Shown in pieces: positions 1 to 10,009 of a stretch of DNA of 64,000 bases (position 1 is the first letter of the stretch; the number at the start of each line of letters is the position of its first letter). Origin of the DNA: Candidatus Bathyarchaeota archaeon (GTDB lineage Archaea; Thermoproteota; Bathyarchaeia; Bathyarchaeales; Bathycorpusculaceae); contig CAWABA010000009.1 in NCBI GenBank assembly GCA_963780185.1, positions 192,001-256,000 of the forward strand, read 5' to 3'. The notes under the pieces are model-generated. The model ran no database searches, was not told the DNA's origin, and saw nothing but the letters and a program-made list of their open reading frames with translations. A program made the position numbers and the translations under genes.

Positions 1-543
1 TCGGGGTGAACGCGTTGCTGGCGCGTTTGTCTTCGGAGGTGGGGGCAAGCATCTTGTTGGCAACGGAGAAAAGTGACAAGGTACAAGGCAGCGTAGGCGA
101 GGAAGCCACGGCGGCTAAAATGATGTTTCTTGCGAAAAAACGCGGCTCTGTACCGAAAGACCTCGGTGTGGACCTGCTTGTTTTCAAGGACAAAAGAAAC
201 CGTGAGGAACCTTACGACAAGACGCTGGAGCAGAAGGCACCTGTAATCTGCGCGGAAAAACCGTTTGCTGCTGAACTTGATTCGTCGGGGTGTTTCAGAA
301 TCGTTCTTGACCGCCTCGGCGGAGACATAGTGGCGCTGCATTTTCCCAGCCAAAAGACGGATAAGCCTGACAGAATCGTTAAGGGCGAAACGGCGGACGC
401 CCTCTACACGGAAATCGCCCAGCTCGGGTTTAGCGCCGCAGCCCCTTCACTTAGCCTATCTGGGACGTGAGTTGGCGAAGGCAGAAATCGCCCTGAAAAC
501 GGGGAAAGAGTACATTCAGGACAAGCCAATGTTCACAAAGTAG
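1..543 (+). CDS. Dihydropteroate synthase-like protein (MJ0107 type, C-terminal DUF4346), 5'-partial, frameshifted near 430-450
   Basis: ORF 6..470 has [13 protein letters not shown]...[15 protein letters not shown]. The family C-terminus [25 protein letters not shown] continues in another frame to TAG at 541-543. Confidence 0.75.
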
Positions 544-655
544 CAAATAAAAACTCCCAGAAAATTTATGCACCATTTCAATCCAATTTTTGCCACAAAA
601 AGAAGCTTTATCTTTTAAGTTGTGCAAACTAGTTTTAGGAAAGGTGACTTAAAAT

Positions 656-1579
656 TTGGAAAGCAATCCGTTACGCGTAAGCCTCGCTGGATTGGAGTTG
701 CCGAACCCGACGATTCTTGCCTCAGGCGTGTTGGGGTTCTCAGCGGAATCCTTCAACCGCGTGGCAAAGGGCGGCGCAGGCGCAGTGGTTTCGAAATCCA
801 TCGGCGTAGAACCCCGATTTGGCTACCCGAACCCCACGGTGGTTCAAGCTGACTCTGGGTTGATAAACGCGATGGGTTTGCCGAACCCAGGCATCGACGA
901 GTACAAAGGCGAAATAGAGTACGCAAAAACCATCCTTAAAATCCCGCTTATCATAAGCGTCTTCGGCTACACAGCGGAAGAGTACGCAGCCGTCGCCGAA
1001 AAAGCCGTCAAGGCAGGCGCGGACGCCGTGGAACTCAACGTTTCATGCCCCCACGTTCAGTTCACGGGTTCCGAAATCGGTCAAAACCCCAAGATTCTCT
1101 CGCAGGTGGTTGAGCAAGTTAAGGCGGCAGTCAGCAAACCCGTCATCGTTAAGCTTACGCCAAACGTCGCAGACATCGCTGTGTCAGCTAAGGCGGCGGT
1201 TGAAGCAGGCGCAGACGCGTTAACGGCGGTGAACACGCTTAAGGCAATGGCGATTGACGCAGAGACGACGCGTCCAGTTTTAAGCAACATCAAAGGCGGC
1301 TTGTCAGGTGCAGCCATCAAGCCTGTCTCGTTAAGATGCGTCTTTGATATTCGTGAAGAGTTGCCTGACGTGCCCATCATCGGCTGCGGAGGCATAAGCG
1401 GCTGGCGCGACGCCGTCGAGTTCATGCTTGCTGGCGCTTCAGCCGTGCAGGTCGGCACCGCCGTAGCTTGGGAGGACACGTCTGTTTTCCAAGACATAAC
1501 TAAAGGCTTAGAAGTTTACTTAAGAAAGAAGCATTTTGGGAGTGTGAAAGAAATTGTCAACCTCGCTCATCGCAGCTAA
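656..1579 (+). CDS. pyrD: Dihydroorotate dehydrogenase, family 1B catalytic subunit
   Basis: LPNPTILASG, INAMGLPNPG, ELNVSCPH, VKLTPN, GGLSGAAIKP, GCGGI, GASAVQVGTA motifs. Confidence 0.97.
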   Translation: MESNPLRVSLAGLELPNPTILASGVLGFSAESFNRVAKGGAGAVVSKSIGVEPRFGYPNPTVVQADSGLINAMGLPNPGIDEYKGEIEYAKTILKIPLIISVFGYTAEEYAAVAEKAVKAGADAVELNVSCPHVQFTGSEIGQNPKILSQVVEQVKAAVSKPVIVKLTPNVADIAVSAKAAVEAGADALTAVNTLKAMAIDAETTRPVLSNIKGGLSGAAIKPVSLRCVFDIREELPDVPIIGCGGISGWRDAVEFMLAGASAVQVGTAVAWEDTSVFQDITKGLEVYLRKKHFGSVKEIVNLAHRS

Positions 1580-2372
1580 TACGATTAGAACCTCAGAAAT
1601 CGTGCGGGTCATAACGGAAAGCCCAACCGTAAAAACCTTCACAATCTACGACAAGCTATGCTCAAAGGCTAAGCCGGGGCAATTTTTGATGCTTTGGCTG
1701 CCGGGCATAGACGAAATCCCGCTGAGCATAATGGATGTTGGAAAAGACTTGGTTTCCGTCTCGGTGAAGCAGGTCGGCGACGCCACTCGGCATCTGCACA
1801 GCATGAAAGCAGGCGCAACCGTCGGCGTGCGGGGACCCTTCGGGAACAACTTCACTGAAAGCCGAGGCAGAGTCCTGCTGGTCGGCGGAGGCACAGGAAC
1901 GGCGCCTCTTCTGTTTTTGGCAAAGCAACTTGCCGCCAAAACCGAAAAGTTATCTTTCGTGGAAGGCGCAAAAACCAAAGACGAACTCCTCTTCATACGT
2001 GAGCTCAAGGGCGTCTGCAACGAAAAAACCCTGACCACAACCACGGAAGACGGCACCTACGGCTTACAATGCATGGTAACTGAACCCTTAGCCAAACTGC
2101 TGGAACGCGAAAAATTCGACATGATCTACACCTGCGGACCCGAAGTCATGGTCAAAAAAATCTTCGAACTCACCGAAACGCGGAAGCTACCGTTGGAAGC
2201 GAGCCTTGAGCGGCTTATGCGTTGCGGCATCGGCTTGTGCGGAAGCTGCGTAATCGGCAAGTACCGCGTCTGCAGGGACGGACCCGTTTTCACGGCGGCG
2301 CAACTGCGGGAAGTCAAGGACGAACTTGGGATTTCCAAGCTGGGCTTTGACGGCGCCAGAATACCCTTCTAA
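1554..2372 (+). CDS. pyrK: Dihydroorotate dehydrogenase electron transfer subunit
   Basis: PGQFLMLW, RGPFG, GGGTGTAP, CGPEVM and [2Fe-2S] motif MRCGIGLCGSC...VCRDGPVF; overlaps pyrD. Confidence 0.96.
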   Translation: MSTSLIAANTIRTSEIVRVITESPTVKTFTIYDKLCSKAKPGQFLMLWLPGIDEIPLSIMDVGKDLVSVSVKQVGDATRHLHSMKAGATVGVRGPFGNNFTESRGRVLLVGGGTGTAPLLFLAKQLAAKTEKLSFVEGAKTKDELLFIRELKGVCNEKTLTTTTEDGTYGLQCMVTEPLAKLLEREKFDMIYTCGPEVMVKKIFELTETRKLPLEASLERLMRCGIGLCGSCVIGKYRVCRDGPVFTAAQLREVKDELGISKLGFDGARIPF

Positions 2373-2382
2373 GGCATACGTC

Positions 2383-2691
2383 ATGTCGCTGAGCCAAGAG
2401 GAACTCGAGCAACAGGTCAAAAGAGCAGTTGCCCTCTACAACAGGCTCCGAAGCCCCGAAGTGACGGTTAAGCTGGTTTCCGCTTCGCCGTTGACCGTGA
2501 CGGTTTCGTTTTCAGGCGGCTTCTGCTACGGCTGCGGCGTCATGGACTACGTGGACGGCTTCGCAGAGCAGTTCAAGCTCTTGAGCGGAAAAGCAGAGTT
2601 AAAGGTTGGCAAAACAAGGCAGATAAACCCTAGAAACTTCGAAGCAGACTACAACATTGAGGGCCGAAGGAAAACCTTGACTTTTGAGTAA
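2383..2691 (+). CDS. Conserved archaeal hypothetical protein (FSGxFCxxCG motif)
   Basis: ATG 10 nt after pyrK stop; YNRLRSPEV...FSGGFCYGCGVMDY. Confidence 0.7.
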   Translation: MSLSQEELEQQVKRAVALYNRLRSPEVTVKLVSASPLTVTVSFSGGFCYGCGVMDYVDGFAEQFKLLSGKAELKVGKTRQINPRNFEADYNIEGRRKTLTFE

Positions 2692-2807
2692 AAGAAAACA
2701 TGACTGAACTCATAACCGAATACCTAAACGACCCAGACGCAGGACCACACTACTCCATTGAAAAGCTAAAAAAAGCTTAAAAGTAACAGGCTCAACAGGA
2801 ATTAATT

Positions 2808-3026
2808 ATGCAGAGACGATTGGTTATTGCGGGAGTCTTCGTTCTCGCGGTTTTCCTAGTTGTTGAGATACTTTTTACGCAATTTAGGGTTTTCTGGTAT
2901 CTTGGTTACTTCGGTAATGCAGGTTACATACTCGGTTCAGGGGTCTCTTTTTTCACAGGTCTTCTTGCAGTCTATTTAGTTTATTTTGGGGTAAAAAGCA
3001 CCAAATCAAAGGATGCCGCGAACTAA
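2808..3026 (+). CDS. Small membrane protein (2 TM)
   Basis: Two hydrophobic stretches; TATA-like CTTAAAAG ~30 nt upstream. Confidence 0.6.
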   Translation: MQRRLVIAGVFVLAVFLVVEILFTQFRVFWYLGYFGNAGYILGSGVSFFTGLLAVYLVYFGVKSTKSKDAAN

Positions 3027-3148
3027 ATCTAAGACGGTTATCCACGGAGAGTTCTCTTTCGTGAAAAAGAAATCTAACTGTTAAATTCACATCCCCATTT
3101 AATGTTTGGGGGTTTTCAAACCAAAACACACATAGGCAAACCCCACAA

Positions 3149-3655
3149 TTGAATTGGGCAATAGGAAGAAGGAACTTGGCAGAGTTAGCGGGCAGCTGTG
3201 AGTATTTCTCAACCGAGAAACTATGCGAAATGCTTACTGAAAGTGAGAAAGCGAGAGCAAGAAGGCAGGTTCATTGCCAAAATAGCGAGAATATGACCTG
3301 CTGCTACGTTTGCTCGTTTAGACGAGATTGCGATATAAAATGCAGATATTTGGGTAACATCGAGAATGAATCCTCACAAACTGAGGCAGATAAAAGCGAG
3401 GTCGAACCCACAGTTATCAACGGCAAAAAAACCGAAATGAACCAAACAGAAAATGCCCCAGTTTTCTTTTGCTCAGAATGCAATGTCGAGATGTCCCTGG
3501 CTAGAACCAAGTTTAGGATTAGCGGTTGGGAAAAAGGGTTACCTCTAAAACCTGCTGAGGGCGATTCGGGGAAACTTGGAGATGAAATACTGCCTGTAAT
3601 AGTTTATCTGTGTCCAAAATGCGGCAAAATGGAGTTTAGGGCAGACGAGAAATAG
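3149..3655 (+). CDS. Cys-rich double zinc-finger/zinc-ribbon protein (start uncertain)
   Basis: CCYVC...CDIKC cluster and C-terminal CSEC...YLCPKCGKMEF ribbon. Confidence 0.7.
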   Translation: MNWAIGRRNLAELAGSCEYFSTEKLCEMLTESEKARARRQVHCQNSENMTCCYVCSFRRDCDIKCRYLGNIENESSQTEADKSEVEPTVINGKKTEMNQTENAPVFFCSECNVEMSLARTKFRISGWEKGLPLKPAEGDSGKLGDEILPVIVYLCPKCGKMEFRADEK

Positions 3656-3901
3656 CCATCAAGACTTTTTCAGGTGAATCCTTGATTGCTGGTCAGATAA
3701 TCATGGATTTTTGTTGTTAAGGGTTTTTTCGGCTTCAATTGGGGGATTGCACGGTCAAATCTAGTTATTTGATAGCATAGCCCTTTATAGGGCGTGCATG
3801 TTCACGTAGTTGAAATGCGAGGATCGCATCATTCACTTTTCTAACCTTTTTGGGCTTAAGTGATTTAGTGACGATTCTGGGCAAATAAAAGAGAGAAAAA
3901 T

Positions 3902-4858
3902 ATGAGTATAACTATAGAAGTCCCGAAAGTTCAAAATCACTTAGCTGAAGTGTGCCCTGAATGCACAAGCAAAAATCTTGTTCACGACTACGACACAGGC
4001 GAAACCATATGTGGCGACTGTGGTCTGGTCTTGTACGAGCAAATGATGGATAAAGGTCCCGAATGGCGCGCTTTTACCCAACAAGAAAAGGCTTCCCGAA
4101 GCCGCGTGGGCATGCCGACATCATATTCAATTCACGACAAAGGATTATCCACCGCAATCAGCCAAGTTGACAGAGATGCGTTCGGAAGGAAACTGCCGCT
4201 TTCAACTAGATTGCAGATGTGGCGTCTTAGGAAATGGCAAATACGCAGCCGAGTGCACTCATCCATCGACCGAAACCTTGCACAAGCTATGTCTGAACTT
4301 GAACGTTTATCAGGAAAAGTTTCCATTTCCCCTCCTATAAGAGAAAAAGCTTCAGTCGTTTACAGAAAAGCTCTCGACAAAGGACTAGTCCGCGGAAGAT
4401 CAATCAACTCTATCGTTGCGGCTTCGCTTTATGCTGCTTGCCGCAAAAGCGGCGTACCCAGAACCCTCAGCGAAATTTCTGAAGCAAGTCTTGTCGATAA
4501 GAAAGATGTTGCAAGATGTTATAGACTGCTGTTGCAAGAGCTCGATTTTCACATGCCCGTTGCTGACGCGCTGACATACGTCTCTAAAATAGCTGAGAAA
4601 AACGGAATTTCAGGCAAAACACAGGGCGCGGCCATAACAATACTTGCTGAGGCGCGGCGAAAAAGATTTGCGGCAGGAAAAGACCCCATGGGCTTGGCTG
4701 CAGCAGCGCTCTACATAGCTTGTCTTCAGCTGAATGAAAAGATAACGCAAAAAGAAATAGCGGAAGCGGCAGGAGTCACTGAGGTCACGGTTCGAAACAG
4801 ATACAAGGCACTTAAGAGACAGCTGAATCTCGAATTCCCTGATCGAGCAAATAGTTAG
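3902..4858 (+). CDS. tfb: Transcription initiation factor IIB
   Basis: Zn ribbon CPEC..CGDCGLV, B-reader GPEWRAF, HDKGLST, cyclin repeats RGRS and GVTEVTVRNRY. Confidence 0.98.
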   Translation: MSITIEVPKVQNHLAEVCPECTSKNLVHDYDTGETICGDCGLVLYEQMMDKGPEWRAFTQQEKASRSRVGMPTSYSIHDKGLSTAISQVDRDAFGRKLPLSTRLQMWRLRKWQIRSRVHSSIDRNLAQAMSELERLSGKVSISPPIREKASVVYRKALDKGLVRGRSINSIVAASLYAACRKSGVPRTLSEISEASLVDKKDVARCYRLLLQELDFHMPVADALTYVSKIAEKNGISGKTQGAAITILAEARRKRFAAGKDPMGLAAAALYIACLQLNEKITQKEIAEAAGVTEVTVRNRYKALKRQLNLEFPDRANS

Positions 4859-5002
4859 GTCGTCTTCTCTGACGTCTTTTTTCATTTTTTAGAGCTTCTT
4901 TGTGATTCTTTTTCCCACAACTCATAAAAAACCGTATTCACTTAATCATAACCACGGGAAACGATGCGTGGAGTCGTTTCTTTTTCGTAAGGAGATAACC
5001 AG

Positions 5003-5128
5003 ATGAGTAGGAAAGGAGAAACAGGCGAACAAGATCGGGGGAAACCTCAGCCTCGAAAAAAGAAAGAACGGGAAGACGCCCGCAAAAAGAAGAAACTTGA
5101 CCGAGCTGAAAGACAAAAGTCAAGATAG
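5003..5128 (+). CDS. Very basic 41-aa microprotein (not in ORF track)
   Basis: AAGGAGAT RBS-like motif before ATG; MSRKGETGEQDRGKPQPRKKKEREDARKKKKLDRAERQKSR. Confidence 0.55.
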   Translation: MSRKGETGEQDRGKPQPRKKKEREDARKKKKLDRAERQKSR

Positions 5129-5229
5129 GCTTGGACAGATTAAATCTTAGTGGTGCTGTCAAAATCAAATAGGAAAGAGACAGAAGGTTGCCTTTTTCGA
5201 ATGTTTCTTCTAATTATGTTCACTTTTTT

Positions 5230-6066
5230 TCAGGGTTGTCCAAGCTTGCTTGCTGCCGAATTAAGCACATTTAACTGAATATTCATGTAGTCTTGGGCGT
5301 TGTGCCACTCGTTTTCGAATGTTGTCTGTGCCATTTTTACAAATTGACGGTTATTGGTCCACATACTGGGCACCTCCGACGAATTACCCGATATGCATAT
5401 GTCCACTTCTTTATCGTTGAAAATCGCTAAGCCAAATTCGAGGGGTGAACAAGAGAATCTTATCTGGAAAAAAGGGCTTTTTGTTAAAGCTTCCAGTTTT
5501 TTGCTTACTAGCGGTCTTAAGTCCTCTTTTTCGGTGACGATGCGGATTTTTGCACTTTTTGCTAAAGCAATTTTCATGTCTTCAAAAAGATTGAAAATGA
5601 CAAAATTCCACGCGAATGCAGGAAAAATCAAGTCGCAAGTCGCGGCTTCTATGAACGATGTCTGAAATTTCTTCACTAAGAGTTGTCTTCCCGAAATGAT
5701 TATGAATTCAGTCGACTCCTCATGGATTATCGAATCAAAATTTTCGTTGTTGCCGTTATTCAAGATGCTTTTCACTTTTTTCCGCAGCATCGTATCCTCA
5801 GATGTCCTCTTCTGAAGAAGCATCTTGAAGCCCTCTTCCCGCGGCGTAGCTTTGTACAATACGGGTGTTGCAACTATTTTCTCTACTAGACCGATTTTTT
5901 CAAGTGTCGGCATTATCCGGTAGATGTCTTGTCGGGCAACGTTAGAAGCCTTGGATATCGTTCTTGCATCCGCTCTGTCCAACTGAGTCAACGCTAAATA
6001 AGACTTCGCTTGTAGACAAGTGAGTCCCAAACTCATTAGTGCTTCAAGCATTTTGTCTCTTTGCAA
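5230..6066 (-). CDS. TrmB-family transcriptional regulator
   Basis: LGLTCLQAKSYLAL...ISKASNVARQDIYRIMPTLEKIGLVEK wHTH; C-terminal IFNDKEV...WTNN...FENEW effector domain. Confidence 0.9.
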   Translation of the reverse strand: MQRDKMLEALMSLGLTCLQAKSYLALTQLDRADARTISKASNVARQDIYRIMPTLEKIGLVEKIVATPVLYKATPREEGFKMLLQKRTSEDTMLRKKVKSILNNGNNENFDSIIHEESTEFIIISGRQLLVKKFQTSFIEAATCDLIFPAFAWNFVIFNLFEDMKIALAKSAKIRIVTEKEDLRPLVSKKLEALTKSPFFQIRFSCSPLEFGLAIFNDKEVDICISGNSSEVPSMWTNNRQFVKMAQTTFENEWHNAQDYMNIQLNVLNSAASKLGQP

Positions 6067-6243
6067 GGGTTCCGTTCTCCCTTACTAAGTGAGCATTCGT
6101 GAGTTCTGAGATTTCGTATTTAACACTTTGGAAAAGCTGAGTCAAAGCGTCCTTTTAGCTGCCGTTTTTCAAAAAAACAGGTAATATTGTCGACAAAAAT
6201 TAATTAAAAAAAGGGAAGGGTGAAGTTTCTGTTTTCCTTCGCT

Positions 6244-8823
6244 TTATGGTCGTTTTCTTTGCATCAGAATTGCCAAGATGGCGACGCAGACCACTATTAC
6301 AACTACTATCGCTGCGAATCCGTACATGATGGTGTTCTGGGTTGTTGTCATGCTCAGAGGTGATGCGGTTGGTGCCTGTGTCGGTGCCGTGGCGCTTGCG
6401 TAGAGGTAGGTCGTGGCTGACGATCCATAGTATGATTGTGTGCCTGCAAAGGTAGCGGTGATTGTGAAGTTGCCTGGAATCTCAGGTGTCCAAGTTATAC
6501 CGTAGTCACCCGCGGCGGATGTTGTAGTTGTGGTGATTGCTCTAGTGTTGTGGTTGGAGTCTGTGACAAAGATTGTTACTGGGACACCGGTTGTGTTGGT
6601 TGGCATTGGCTGCTGCTCGTAAACTGCCTCCATGAACTGTGTCATGCTTGCGTCTGAAACGCATGGTAGTCCCTGTGGGAAGTTTGCTGCAACTGCGTCT
6701 TGTTTTGTGCCTGCGGAGATGTCAGTAACTCTGCCCGAGACGGTTATTGGAGTTGCTGTTGTAACGCCGACGTTAGGTGCTGTGATGGTTGTCTTACTGG
6801 GTCCGAGACCGAAGGCGTATATTTGTCCGTCGTAGCCGTTCCATCCCATTAATTCACCGTCAGCGATAGGCGATGGATCTCTCTGGAAAGCGCCGTTTAT
6901 TTGCCAAACTAGACGACCGTCACTGCAATTCAATGCGATTTTTTCTCCTCCTGGGAATAGCGGCGGGTCATAGCAGCGCCCTTCCGAGAGGAATAGCATT
7001 CCGTCAGCGATGCTTTGAGTATCGAAGACCCATAGTGGATAGACACCGTATGGTGTGTTGTATCCTGCGCTTCCTGTGTTCCATGTCCAATCGAGTTTTC
7101 CAGAAGATAAGTCTACGGCGTTGACGAAGCCTCCTATGTCCCAAATGTATGCTTTGCCGTAAGCGATTGCCGCGCCTCCGTACAGAGTGCTCAACCCGTT
7201 CCCTACGAGTTGGGTTGGTCCCCAGAGTTTAGCGCCCGATATCATCGAATAGCCGTACACTTGGTCTGTGTCTTTATCCATGTTGATGTATGTGCCATTG
7301 CCACCTGCCATAATGCTGAAGTTATGATTTTCTATCAGCGTTTGGTTTGTCGGTCCGAAAAGAACTGCGCCCGTAATGGGGTTGAACGCCATGGCTGTTT
7401 CATAGGATGAACTCCACTGTGAGAACATTGCTCCAAAAGAACTGGCAGCAACGCTTTTCGGTTGTGATGTCAAAAGTATTGCTTGATTGGTTTCTGAAGA
7501 GATGCCAAAAGCTGGGTTAGCATTCGGAACGGGTTTTGTCCACTGGACGCCTACTGTGAAATTGTACGTTCCTGAAGGCTTGAAGTCACCTACATAGTTT
7601 TCAGCGGAGGGACCAACTGCATTTGGACCCGCAAGGCAAAGTGACGAATTCCACATGTTCAGGTAAGCGCCTGTGGCGTTTGAGGTAGTATAATAGATCA
7701 GTATTGAGCCTATGCAGTTAGGTTCGTTGGAGTCTATCAATGCGTTTGTTGATGTTGAGAAGAGGCCTGCTATGCTGCTTGGCACGCTAGTTACCTGCGC
7801 CATAAAGTTGCCTGTAAACGGATCCAGTATGTCGTAGTAGCCGGTTCCGGGGTTGTAGCACCATAAGAATGCTTGAGAACCGAATTCCTCAACTGTGTGG
7901 AAAGAGAGCACTTGACCGTAGACCAGTGTGTCATTGGTGTTCTTTACCCACAATGTTTGTCCATTGAAGAGGTTAACTGCAACAATGCCTGCATAGTCGG
8001 TTTGAGCTGGATACCAACTGTAGAAGAGAATTCCATCCAGAATTATCGGCTCGAAGGTGTGGTAGAGAGGCGAGTTTGCAGCGAAGGAGGTCATTTCGTT
8101 AGCTGGGGTTTCGCCGCCAGGTATGCCTCCGGTTGTGATTAGTTTGGTCCAAACTACGTGAGCCGTCGTTGGTGCGGTGCTGTAGGGTTGGAAGTTGTTT
8201 CCTGAGCCGTCGTATCCGCCTGTATTGTCAAATCCTGGTCTTCCTAAGCCATACCAGTTTCCACCAATCGATTGCGCCCACCAGTAGTTTGATGAGTAGA
8301 TTGGTGTGGTCCAGTAGCTTGTTGGGAGAGGCGTGACTGACCAGTAAGGTATCGGCGATTGTTGCACAACAACTTGTACGGATGGGCTCAATGCGGAATT
8401 TAGCTTGTAGGTTACTCCGCTAAGGGTTCCCAGCGTTTGTCCTGGATATATCCCTTGGAATGTGTAGTTTCCTGCAACTTGAGGCTGGAATTCAACTGCT
8501 GGAACTCCTCCTGTTGTGTCCGTTTCGTATGGTCCGAGAGTCTGGTTGGTTCCGTCTGGCTTAATGATGTTGATTTTCAGGTTTGTGAATGTGTCTCCCA
8601 TCGAGAAGCCAGTGTCGAGTCGCGGTACAGGTTTGGTGAAGAAGAGGGTTATGTAGACGGTTTGGCCGACGCCGACTGGAGTAGGTGATGCATTGATGTA
8701 TAGAAACGTTGGAAGGTTCGTCGTGGTGGTTGTTTGCGCGGATGTTTGTCCTAGCATCATTAGCATTGGAGCTACTAATACTATCATAAGAACTAAAGCA
8801 AAAAAACGATTTTTGTTTTTCAT
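6244..8823 (-). CDS. Secreted, C-terminally membrane-anchored PQQ-like beta-propeller surface protein
   Basis: Signal peptide; propeller repeats (AVNLFNGQTLW, AVDLSSGKLDW, ALNCSDGRLVW); Ig-like tail; C-terminal TM followed by QRKRP. Confidence 0.88.
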   Translation of the reverse strand: MKNKNRFFALVLMIVLVAPMLMMLGQTSAQTTTTTNLPTFLYINASPTPVGVGQTVYITLFFTKPVPRLDTGFSMGDTFTNLKINIIKPDGTNQTLGPYETDTTGGVPAVEFQPQVAGNYTFQGIYPGQTLGTLSGVTYKLNSALSPSVQVVVQQSPIPYWSVTPLPTSYWTTPIYSSNYWWAQSIGGNWYGLGRPGFDNTGGYDGSGNNFQPYSTAPTTAHVVWTKLITTGGIPGGETPANEMTSFAANSPLYHTFEPIILDGILFYSWYPAQTDYAGIVAVNLFNGQTLWVKNTNDTLVYGQVLSFHTVEEFGSQAFLWCYNPGTGYYDILDPFTGNFMAQVTSVPSSIAGLFSTSTNALIDSNEPNCIGSILIYYTTSNATGAYLNMWNSSLCLAGPNAVGPSAENYVGDFKPSGTYNFTVGVQWTKPVPNANPAFGISSETNQAILLTSQPKSVAASSFGAMFSQWSSSYETAMAFNPITGAVLFGPTNQTLIENHNFSIMAGGNGTYINMDKDTDQVYGYSMISGAKLWGPTQLVGNGLSTLYGGAAIAYGKAYIWDIGGFVNAVDLSSGKLDWTWNTGSAGYNTPYGVYPLWVFDTQSIADGMLFLSEGRCYDPPLFPGGEKIALNCSDGRLVWQINGAFQRDPSPIADGELMGWNGYDGQIYAFGLGPSKTTITAPNVGVTTATPITVSGRVTDISAGTKQDAVAANFPQGLPCVSDASMTQFMEAVYEQQPMPTNTTGVPVTIFVTDSNHNTRAITTTTTSAAGDYGITWTPEIPGNFTITATFAGTQSYYGSSATTYLYASATAPTQAPTASPLSMTTTQNTIMYGFAAIVVVIVVCVAILAILMQRKRP

Positions 8824-9234
8824 TTCTGTTTTTCTCCAATTTCAGAGTCTGCCAAAAAATGTTTTAAGCGTTTGCAAGAAGTGCCTCTTCTGACAACAAA
8901 CACTTCGAGACCCCCAAACAACTAAACAGTTGTCCTCGACCGCACGGCAGAAACCACCGAACCCTCGTCAAATTTGCCGAAAACCACCCGGACCCTGAAA
9001 AAATGTTCACTGCGATTAGACACTAAAACAGTTTTAGACTAAACGAAATAGGAGTTGCAGAAAGAAGGAAAAATGGCTTGTTGCCTCATGCCTGTCCTAG
9101 ATATAAAATAACACAAAACTGAACTTATCTTCAACCGAATCCCTATCTTCTTGATGAATTGTTGGATCCTGATTTTTCTGGAGGCTTTGTGGAGGGGTTA
9201 CTACTTTTTTCGGCTGGAATACCATGTTAAAAAC

Positions 9235-9933
9235 TCAATTCGACGCATTTTTAGTTAATCTCTCAAGCGACGCTTCTCTATCAATACATGCACCACATTG
9301 GTGGCATGGTTGTCCATCTTTTGGCTGGTAACAACTCCACGTCATATCTATTATTCTCTTGAAATTCCTGAAATCTTCAAGCAACTTTCCTTTTCCATCT
9401 TTGCCGTATCCTATAATTGGCGTCTCAATAATGATTGTCTTGTCATTTTCGTTCAGAAGGTAAGCAAATATTTCGTTCATAAGCTTTACAAATTGTACTG
9501 TTGTATCAACGTATTCGTCTCTGAATCCAGTAACTAATACACTTACTTCGCCCCTACTCATCTGACTCTCAATAAAGGAAGCAGCAATTGATAGCAAGAT
9601 CATGTTTCGATTCTCAAGACAAGGGTTGGGACCGAAATTTCCTTGGATTAATTGACATTTGCTCCAACCAAATATGCGATTTTGTTTTTCTACATTTTCG
9701 GCTAATAAGATGCGCTTTGGTTTTTCTATGCGTACCGCTGTGTCCTTAATAATTGAAGGTAATTCTTTGGAAATATTGCATACAGCCTTCCACTCCTCGT
9801 TCCTCGCTTTTTGGCCATAATCCAAGAATATTGGTTGAAACTCAATGAAGTCTTTCTTATCCTGTATTCGTTTTAATGTTGCAAGGGTAGAGTCTATTCC
9901 CCCTGACAATAAAGAGTATAACTTTCTAACCAA
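9235..9933 (-). CDS. QueC-family (7-cyano-7-deazaguanine synthase-like) PP-loop ATPase
   Basis: LLSGGIDST PP-loop, DYGQ, NRNMILLSIAA, TWSCY...PCHQCGACIDR Zn site. Confidence 0.85.
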   Translation of the reverse strand: MVRKLYSLLSGGIDSTLATLKRIQDKKDFIEFQPIFLDYGQKARNEEWKAVCNISKELPSIIKDTAVRIEKPKRILLAENVEKQNRIFGWSKCQLIQGNFGPNPCLENRNMILLSIAASFIESQMSRGEVSVLVTGFRDEYVDTTVQFVKLMNEIFAYLLNENDKTIIIETPIIGYGKDGKGKLLEDFRNFKRIIDMTWSCYQPKDGQPCHQCGACIDREASLERLTKNASN

Positions 9934-10009
9934 GGGTTACCCATCTGTATTACGTATTGTTGATATCTCTGTATTTACGTTTGCTGATTAGATGGCGAGT
10001 AAGGGTCGT

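Noticed and set aside
9023-9037. Perfect palindrome CTAAAAC-A-GTTTTAG
   Set aside because: Single AT-rich occurrence with no second copy found. It cannot be distinguished from chance.
9144-9225. Gly-initiated peptide MGIPAEKSSN... as a QueC deazaguanylation substrate
   Set aside because: Requires assuming a missing G after the ATG, which the sequence as given does not support.
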